Shown piece after piece: positions 8,292-18,400 of a stretch of DNA of 23,407 nucleotides. Source of the stretch: Chlorokybus atmophyticus (Eukaryota; Plantae; Mesostigma and Chlorokybus algae); the NCBI GenBank assembly GCA_009103225.1, contig RHPI01000810.1, positions 1,256,748 to 1,280,154 of the forward strand, given 5' to 3'. Made by a program: the position numbers and the translations under genes. The notes under the pieces are model-generated. The model did not search any database, was not told the origin of the DNA, and was given only the letters and a program-made list of their open reading frames with translations. Numbering within the stretch: position 1 is the stretch's first letter; each line of letters starts with the position of its first letter.

Positions 8292-11200
8292 TCATCGATT
8301 CATCGCTTTTTGGTACTCGAGGCTAGCTTCGAATCGCAGCATCTCTCTGATGCGTAGCACGGCGACGGAGTGCGCGACGGGCTCGATGACGTGTTGTTGG
8401 TGCTGTTGATGTTGTTGTTGTTGTTGGTAATGTGGCTGCTTCTCGCAGTGCGTTGGCGGACACGATAGCAGGAGGGCCTCGGAGAGCGCGGTTGGGGACA
8501 GCGAGTCCACCTGAAGTTGGGTTTGTGTTGGGAGTCAACCGACATCAACACCAACATAGTCATACGTGTTGTCATATTGCTGGTACTTACTTGCCAGGCT
8601 TGCTCGAGTGCGGCGTCTACGCCAACAGCGATGTCTGCCACAAATGATGTAGATGATGTATATGATGATGATGTCAGTATTGCTGCGGCGGCTGCGCGGG
8701 CGTCTTGTGCCACCAACAGGGCCGCGCGGTCCTGACACAGCACAAACGTGCTGCACACAGAGTGCTCACATAAGTTCAGGCGTGGGTGTGGGTGTGGCCG
8801 GGTGCAATGGGCGGGTGGGTGGGTGCGTGGCAGGGTGCAAGGGTGCACTTATGCATGCGTGTGTGCGTGCAAGATTGCATGCAATCGCCGTGGACATGTG
8901 CATGTAAGTGTGCGTGTTGGTGCATGCCAATTGGTCCGTGGTGTGTTTGTGTGTGTGTGTCATCTCTCTCCTCACCTTGACCACCTTTGTAGGGCCGCTT
9001 TGAGGTCGTGCACTTGGGATGCGGACAACCCTGGATAACGTTCACGAATGAGAAATGCTCTAGTTGCGACATCATTCGTCATGTACGTACGCAACTACGC
9101 AACATCCCAACACCAGTCAGTAACGCGTACCAGGTATGCGCGTGCCTAGCTGAGGTGTATCAGCCAGCAGCGCATTGGCGGCAGTTTGGTACGCTTGCAG
9201 CACGGAAGAAAACCTGAGGATTGCCAGCTGCTGCGCTATCACCGCCTGAAAGGTAATGCCAACATAAATATCAACAACAACACTGTGTATGAGGTTAATG
9301 TACATACGCATACACACGCACAAACTCTCCATCTATGCACAAACCCACACACGCGCGCGCGTGCAAACTGCACACGCTTGCACATGCGTGTGCATGTGCA
9401 CATGCACTCTCTTTCTCTCTAGCACACATGTACACGCACATGCACGCACACTTACGCACTGTGCCAGTTTTACAGCTACATAGCCCACAACATACCTGCA
9501 ACTCTAGCGGCCGCATCGCTTCCAACAACCGCTCTCCGACATCCACATCAACCACAACACTCCTTCCACTCTCCCCACCATCTTCACCACTACTGTTGGG
9601 TTTGTGCACCGTCATGCGCACGACAAACGCATCCTTCACCACGCGCAACCGTGCCTGATACAACTCTTTGTCGATTCGCAGCAAGTCGCACGCCTGACTT
9701 ATGAGCTGCTTCAACCCTGGCAAGTCCTCAGACGTGGCAGCTAGAGGAGAATGTTGTTGTTGTTGTTGTGATGTTGTTGATAAATAGTTGCTGTTCACGC
9801 GCTCGATGTGAGCGAGAAGGGTATCTAAGCCTGGTGTCCGCGCAAGCGCCTGCGTTGTAAATGACATCAACACACACGCTTGCGCGTGCGCGCACACGCT
9901 TACACGCGCGCGCGCACACGCACGCACACGCGCGCACGCACACACGCACGCACGCAAGCACGCATGCACGCACGCACGCACGCACACACCATCAGACAGA
10001 CACGCACACATTCTTGTTTACCTGTGCTGCGTCTGTTGCGAGGGGGTGGGCAAGCACGTCGATATCGGTGCTAGAGTCTGCTGATGTCGTCATCATCGTG
10101 CGCGGGAGGCGTCTTTCGGCCCCGTCAAAGGCAAGCAAGCGCAGGAGTGGTTGTTGTTGTTGTTGTTGTGATGGTGGTGGTTGGGAGGGGAGGGTGCCGG
10201 AAAGCCACATGAGATGGAAAGAACTGGGAAGACCTGTTGATGGGTGTGGGTGTCACACAACAGTGCTAATGACAACCATAGCAACAACAAGAACGACGAC
10301 AACGACAGCGACAACAACACTAACAGCAGCAGCAGCGGCATCACCAGCATTAACACTGCCAACAATAACAACATCAACACCATCGGTAACATGAATAACA
10401 GCGACAACAGCAGCCACAACAACAGCACAAACGACAACAACAAACACAATCACAACAACAACAACAACAACAACACCACAGAAACGATCACCCACAGCAA
10501 GGCATCTCTCACCAGCCACTTCCGCGTCCGTTTGCAAGCGTGGCGTACTCATCGGCGTGGCCCCGTCTTGCTTCAATGCACGCCTGCAAACAACACAACA
10601 ACACTCTGAATCTTAACCCGCCCTCTCCCTTTCACACACAACGACAACAACAACAACAAGTTGTTAACGTACCGTGGCGTGGTGCGCGCGGATTTCGGCG
10701 GCTCGTCTTGGCTTCGGAGGATGCCAACGCTCGAACCAAACACCTGCACCTCTGACCGAAAGGAGATGTTGGGTTGGACAGATGCACACAGATACCAACA
10801 GTGTGCGATTATCAACAATGGTGAGTGCACAAGAAAGCGTGTAGAAGCACATGTACACAGTATCACAAGCTCCAGTGCCTCTATATGTCTGAATTTTATC
10901 GTATGCGTGCATATGCAGGTGGAGCATAAGTTTACCATATGCTTGTATGTATGCGCATAGAAGCCACAAGCCAAGCACATGCATGTAGGTTATACACTTA
11001 TGTGTACACACTTATGTGCTCATACACAAGCACAGTCAACAACAAGCGAGTTTTTCCAAACCTAACAAGTTGCGGTGTTGTAGCACGCTGGCGACAAGCA
11101 CCGACATGTGTTCTTCCGCAACGCCGGCGAGGCCGTAGCGCTGGCAATACAATCCGTACACGTATCTGCACGATACATGTGCAATAAGCGACTGACCATA

Positions 11201-12453
11201 AGTAATCACAAGCCTTTGTGTCTGATATATCTACCTGCCGAGTTCGACGACGGAGTCTTTTCCCACGCGCTTGTCGGCGATGTCCTCCTTGACTTTCGTC
11301 ACATAGATGTCCGTGATGTGGCGCACGAGCGCCTTTGCCGGCATCACGCGCGTCTACACACGGATTAGCACAGAACAAGCTTCTGAGTGTCAGAAACACA
11401 CACGCACACACTCACACACGCACATGCGCATGCACACTCACACACATGCACACGCGCACACGTGCTTACATCAACACGTAGCGACTCAGCTTGTGGGTAT
11501 ATAGTGACTCACGGGCACGTGCGCACACGTGATAGTCACACACAAGGTGGCCATGTACAAGTAACAACGAGTAATCAGTAACCGATAGCCCTCACCTCCT
11601 GTGCGATGTGTATCGATCGCATAAACCAGGCGTCCCGCATGCTCTGCTCATCAATCACAACCTTGTCTCCACCGCTGAGGGCTTCGGCGGGAAGGGCGAG
11701 TTCGGTCATCGAAGCCTGAGTACAATGGCGATGACATTTGTGTGAGCCAACCTTATTTGATTGATTCACGTGTCAGGAACAGACAAAGAGTCAAGCCTAT
11801 ATCGTGTCATCTGGGATGGGAATATGCTCCTTGTGTGCGCGTACAAGTCGGTAAAGTGACAATCAAGACCAGGTATATGAACCCACTGCTGCTTTGACGA
11901 CGACACTGGAATGCACAGCATGGGGACAGAGCATCACACGACAGACGCTGCTTGATATGTGCAGGTAGAGTGTGAGCGTGAGTGTGCGTGTGCGTGTGTG
12001 GTCGATAGCATGTTACGAAACGTTAGCGTGCATCAGCGCTGGTAGTAATAATAGACCATAGAGCAGGAGAGCAAGGTTTGATGAAGGTCGCTTTGTAAGC
12101 AGAGGTGAAGTAGTCATCATCTAGAACAGCGTGTAGAACAGGTTGCATTACATTACAGAGTAGTAGAGACTAAGCCACCGCACACGTGTGTCTGTCACCT
12201 GGCACGCTTTGGCGCAACGGGCGAGCTGCGAGCCCTGACGTAGCCGCAACTCCTTCTGCGCTTCCTTCCAACGCGCGTGCGCCTGGGGTTGATGTACATG
12301 AACATGTGTGGTTGTGCATTGACACGTGTACTGTGTTGGTCGTGTCGTGTCCGGCAACACACATACGCAGACATATAAACACGTGCAAACACACGCGCAT
12401 GCGCACGCACGCACCCACACACCCACATGTGTGTGTGCGTGCGCATGCGCCTA

Positions 12454-12485
<32 letters not shown>

Positions 12486-15400
12486 CTTACACTTACGTGC
12501 ACGCAATACAAACCTAGACGCACACTCAGATGAACGTGCGCACGCACGGACGCAAATATACACACATCAACCCACCTGGTTGGCAAACTTCATTCTCCAG
12601 CTCCGCGCCACCTGCTCCCTCGCGTCCGCCAGCGCCCGCGCGCGCTGCTGAGACCTCACGTCCTCCTTCACAGACACACACAACTGTTGGAGCAAGTGAC
12701 TTAGTCATTGAGTGTGTGGTAATGTTGTTGGTTTGTGTACCATGAGGACGGCGAGGCGGCTTTCCAGCTGGCGCGTGTGATCGGACCACTCCTTGCTCTC
12801 TGTCTCATACCTCACGCGCTCCTTTGCCAAATCCTGCCCACAACATCATCATCATCTATAACAACACACATAACTAACACCAACACCAACAACAGCAACA
12901 CCAACACCAACACCAACAGCAACTATCACCTGTTCGAGCGTTTCTTTACGCTGTTTGGTCTCTTCGTACTGCCGCTGCAGGAACACGTTGTTGAACTGAA
13001 GGTCCGTGTGCTTCTTCTGCGCATCCGTCTGATACACAACACAAGTGATGAGCTCACATCACAGCGACAACACCAACAAGAAGCCCAAAACCACCACTAC
13101 TCCTTACATTTTCTGAACCACGTGGACTCCTTGCGTGGTGGTGATGCTGACTATGTTTACTGTTGTACTCCCCCTCTGCATGTGGTGTATCACCGATGTT
13201 GTTGTGTTGTAGTTGAAGTTGTTGTATCTGGTGGAGGTACTGCTGCTCGGAGGCCTGGGACTGCTGGAGGAGGAGCTTCATCGCGGTGGTGTGGTCGCCC
13301 TCTTCGGCGAACACCGCGGCCGTCAACCTGTGGATGGGGAAGGTGTCGATGTTGGTGTGTCGTCGTGCGCACAACGGGACAAGCGCTTGCACACGTGCGC
13401 ATGCGTGGGTGCGTGCGTGGGTGCGCGCGCGCACAAGCACGCACATGCATGCGTAGATGCCCACACGTCCGTTCACACAACCTCGTGCATGCATGCGCGT
13501 GCACACGCGCACCTACAAGCGCACATGTGCGTGTGCGCGTGCGCTCACTCGCACGACTGCGTATGTTTACCTGGACGCCCCGCATACGTATGCACACACT
13601 TGCGCACATATGCATCCGTCACACGCCTACGTGCAAGTGTACACCCTCCCCCCCCACCCCCCACCCCTACACCCACTGCCTACCTCCTCGCCGCCTCTTC
13701 CTCCTTGAGCCTCATCTTCTCATTGAAATTAACCTGCATCGCGTGCATCTGCGCCATGGACGCCCGCCTCTCCTCCGCCGCACGCTCCTGCCAAACCTGA
13801 GAACAGAGAGTGAGACACTTTGCCCACCCACCCACACCCACCCACCCACACACCCACAACTCTCAATCCCCCACCTGCTCCTTCTCCTTGATCGCGACGC
13901 CAAACCTCCCCCTGATCGCTTTGAGGAAGCCGCACGCGAGGGCGGCGACGCGGCGCTCGCGGTCGAGGAGGGACTGCGTCGCGGACAGTTGCTGGGAGGA
14001 GTACTCGAGCTCCGCCCTCGTCAAACCGTGGCGACGGAGCTGTTGGGGGGAGAGAGTGTGTGTGTGGGTGTGTGGGTGGGTGTGTCGCGATTGGTAGGGA
14101 TGGATGATGCTAATGGTGGTTTGTCTCATCAATGTCTATCTTACCTCTTCTGCGAGGCCGTTGTTGGAGCTCTCGATCGTCTTCTTGAGCTCGAGTGTGG
14201 CGTCCTTGGCTATCTGGACATCTACTGCACGACAGAAGCAGCACACGACGAGAGAGTCGGTTGCGTGGTGCATATACACAGGTAACAATATGGTGGTTTC
14301 GATGTCTGTACCTAGGGCTGCCTGCAGTCGTGCGGCGTGCGCCTGCGCCTGCGCCTCGGCCTGGCGCTTCTCCTGCTGGAGGGACTGGGCGAAGGAGAGC
14401 TTCTCCTGCTCAAGCTCAAGCATGCGCTCCGCCTGCACGCAGTGTGTGTATGTGTGCCCGTATGCGTGAGTGCGTGTGCGTGTGTGCGTGTGTATGCGTG
14501 CGCATGCGCACGTGCATGCATGCGTGTGTGCGTGTGTGTGACACGCATGACCACGCGCCTGACTACCAGCACCGAAACCACCAAACAACCCACCTGTGCT
14601 TGCGAGTCTGCGCCCGCCGACTCCAGCATCCGCTTCATCCTCTCCACCTGCCGTGCCAATCCAACACCCCAGTCAAATCACACAACCCCAACAAAACCCA
14701 ACCCAACGACACAACACACACCAACACGTTTCCCCTTACCTCCACTTCGCGCTCGCGTATGGTGGCCGCGCGCTTGGCGAGCTCCGCCACGTGAGTCTCG
14801 AGCTGGTGCTGCAGACTGACACGCAAACGAACAGTGAGTGAAGTGTGTGTGTGTGTGTGTGTCCATGAGACACAACACTCACGCGTGGTAACGGTCGTTG
14901 CTTCCGCCGAGCTGAGCGCTCAGCTGCTTGCATGCGGTGGTCTTCTCGGCCAGATCCGTCGCCAAGTCCTTCGCCCGCTTGTGCTCCACCTGACGCCCGA
15001 ACATGGATGTGTGCATGCGTGATAATGCGTACACGTGCGTGTGCGCATGCGTGCGCATGTGCCATTACGTTGACACATACGCACATCACGCAACACACAC
15101 CACCCTCCCCTCCCCCTCACCTTCAGCTCCACCGTCATGTTCTTCACCTCCCTCTCCAGCTCCTCCCTCCTCTCCCTCTCCTTCTCCCTCTCCCTGCCCA
15201 TCTCCTCCACCTCCCCCAGCGCAGCTCCCAGCTTCCCCCTCGTCTCCTCCAACTCCTTCTCCACCCCACCAAGAGCCTCCTTGACGGCCGGCAACTCGAC
15301 ACGCAACAGCTCCAACTCCTCATGCGCGGTTGTAAGATCAGCTTCCAACGCCACGCGACGACGCTGCTCGGAAGCCAGGTGTCGCTCCGTGGACTCGTGG

Positions 15401-18400
15401 TGGCGGCCGCCGTCCTGATCGTGGAGTGGGTGTTTATGATTAGATCCAATGATCGCACGAGTGCGAGAGGGATTACATATGGGGATGGATGGTGGAGACA
15501 AAGCATGGAGCATGATGAGTGCATCAGTGAGAAAATGAGTGCATTCATGCGCGGCACGGGTGATTGAGTGGCAGAGTCTATCAATCAGTGAGTGAACTGA
15601 TGCAAGGGACGGATTGAAGGAGCCAATAATCTCACCTGCGCCGCTTTCTTTGCTTCCGCGAGTGCCTGCCTGTCCTCCTGCTGCTCCCTCTCCAGCTGGC
15701 TCAGACGGGACACCAGGCTGCCCTCGCGGACGCGCATCTTCTCCAACTGAGAACGCACGATCGTTGTCGATGATACGTAAACACAAACACCAACACTGCG
15801 ACTGAGACAGGGCTTGAACACAATTTTCGTACAAACAGTCAGTGTGTGCTGTGCTGGACTGGGTGGATGATTGTGGTTGGTGAGTAGCTGTCAATCGATT
15901 GAAGTTTGAAGAAAGGAATGCACCAAGCCTTCAATCAGTGAATCATTCGATCATCATCATCATCATCACTCACTTGCATCTGCGCGCGTTCTGCGGCGAG
16001 CTCGCTGGCGCTCTGCAGCTCCCGCGCGGTCTCGAGCTGGTCTTGCCTCACCGCCAACTTGCCCTCCAGCACCTACGCATGGATTGATGTCATTGCAGTT
16101 GATGATGGTGGGTGTCATTCACGTACAAGCAACCAATGTCATGTTGTCAAGGAATACCTCAATCTGTGCGAGGGCGTCCGCGGCGTCGCGCGCGAGGACT
16201 TTGCCTCGCGCGGTTTCCTTGAAACAAGGGAAGATAAGTATGTAAAATTGAGTCTATCCGTTTTGCCACTCACGCCTGGGCCACGCACATGCACAATGCA
16301 CAACCTTTGCCGCTGAGTGCATGTGTACCTGCTCTGTGGCATGCCTGAGCTCCGTCACTTCGGTTATCAGCGCTTGCAGCCGGCCCGCGTTGGACCTGTG
16401 TGTAGTGTGTCATCGTTGGAAAGCAAACCACGGTGCGTGTATACACGTGCGCGTGTGTACGTGTGTAGTACTATATGCATGTCACCGTAATTGCTAACAA
16501 AATAGGCTGATTGTCACAAAGATACACACAAAGCCACCCTGGACACCATCGTTGTAAAACTATAGAACAGTGTGTTGGTCTGATTACGTGAACCAACTTG
16601 GGTATGCGGCAACTGATCCAGAGCAGCATCGACGATTTGAGGCAGGGTTGGCACACGCACTCGTCGTGCTTTTCATGCGCGCGCATCTGCGCGTGCGCAC
16701 ACACGCACGTACTCACACGTACCCACTCGCCAACACACACGAACTTACACGCGCACACGCACGCATATACACACGCATGATCTCATGCACACAGACACAC
16801 TCAATAGCACGTGCATACGCCCGCACGCACACGGACATGTGCAAGCGCCTGCACACACACTCTCCCTCCCTTCCCCTCTCACGAACCTCACGAACCCCAT
16901 GGCCCTCGCCGTCGCCTCCTCCCTCTCCATCCTGACCCTCTCCACCCCTCCTCTCACCCTCCCCAACTCCCCCTCCACCCCCCTCAGCCTCCCGCACTCC
17001 GACTCCAGCACCCGCACCCTGTCGCCCTCCTCCGTCAAGGCGGCCTCCAGCTGAGAGACCCTATCGCGAGCCCGCCCTGCGTCACCACAAGCCGCCTCAG
17101 CCTGCTTCCTTAGAACCGAAGACTGCTCGGTGATCGAGGCTAGCTGGGAGTGGAGGTCGGAGAGTTGAGACTCCAAGGCGGCCGTGCGACTGCGGGGAGA
17201 GAAGAGGAGGTGAGTTGGGCTTTGGGTGCTGTTGGTGTTGGTGGTCACCACAACAAACAGCAGCAACGGAGCCAACGTCCGATGATGACAGAAACAATAC
17301 CAACAACATCGACATCGCCGGTGTCGCCGTCGTCGTTGTTCCAACAACTCAAGCAGCTTGTGACTGTTGTGGTGATCAATCCAGCAAACCTTACCCGGTT
17401 TCTTCGTCGTACAGTTCTCTCACAGCATCTCGTTCCGCTCTGATGCCATCATACAGGCGGGTATGTTCAGCCGCGGCGGCTATGCGCTCCTGAAAACAGA
17501 GAACAAGGTTATGTTGCAGTCACTGAACGTATGCACTGATCACAACGATGTATGGTTGTGTTGATTTTGTATCGCTTACGCCGTAATCAAGCTTCATGTC
17601 GCGTAAAGCCTGCTCGCCGGCGTGCACTGACGCTGTCAGCTCGGCCTCGATCGCCTTGAGGGATGCCACTTCCTCGGTTGACTCCTGTGAATGTGAATAG
17701 TTGCGATTGGGTTGGGTGGGTCATGTACGTGGAGGAATATATACGTCGCGGTGAGCGTGATGGTGTTGATGCGGCAACGATGCAAGAGTGATGTTTGTAA
17801 CGTTAAACTGGAGGTAAGTAAATTACATGATAATCTACCAATATAGGTGTTACAGGCCACACATGCACTCTCGTGCACACACACACACGCACACGTATGC
17901 CAACGCACGCACACGCAGTACGAGAGGCTTGCACGCGCGCGCGCTCGCACGCATAGACACACACATGCGTGCTTGCACGTTTCCATAATGCTCACCACCA
18001 CGTGCACCCTTGTCACTCACACCACAGCAGTGACCACCCCCTCTCACCTGCAGCGCGTACTTCATCCTCTCCATCTGCCCCCTCCCCACCGCTTCCCTCT
18101 CCTCGCTCTCCCTCGCCCTCTCCCTCACCACCGCACCCGCCCTCACCTCCTCACTATGCCTGGTCTTGAGTGTCTCCAACTCGCTCAGCAGCACATCCCT
18201 CGCGGCCTCGGAAGAAGAGAGAGCCTCGTTGGACGACAACAGCGAGTGCTGAACAGACTCGAGTTCGCGGCGGGACTCGGCAACGAGGCGCTCGGCGATT
18301 AGGGAAGCCACGTTGTTGGTGGTGGGGTGGGTGGTGGTGGGGTTGTTGGGGTCGTCCTGGTTGGTGGGGGTATTGGCGGCGTCGGCTTCGACGGCACGGG

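Noticed and set aside
10244-10609. Asn-rich plus ORF and Val-rich minus ORF
   Set aside because: Both are translations of an intronic (AAC)n tract bounded by GT/AG sites.
12735-14285. 516-aa plus-strand ORF, and similar long plus ORFs at 14195-14794 and 14932-15567
   Set aside because: These are antisense shadows of coiled-coil exons plus translated microsatellites; the splice signals all support the minus strand.
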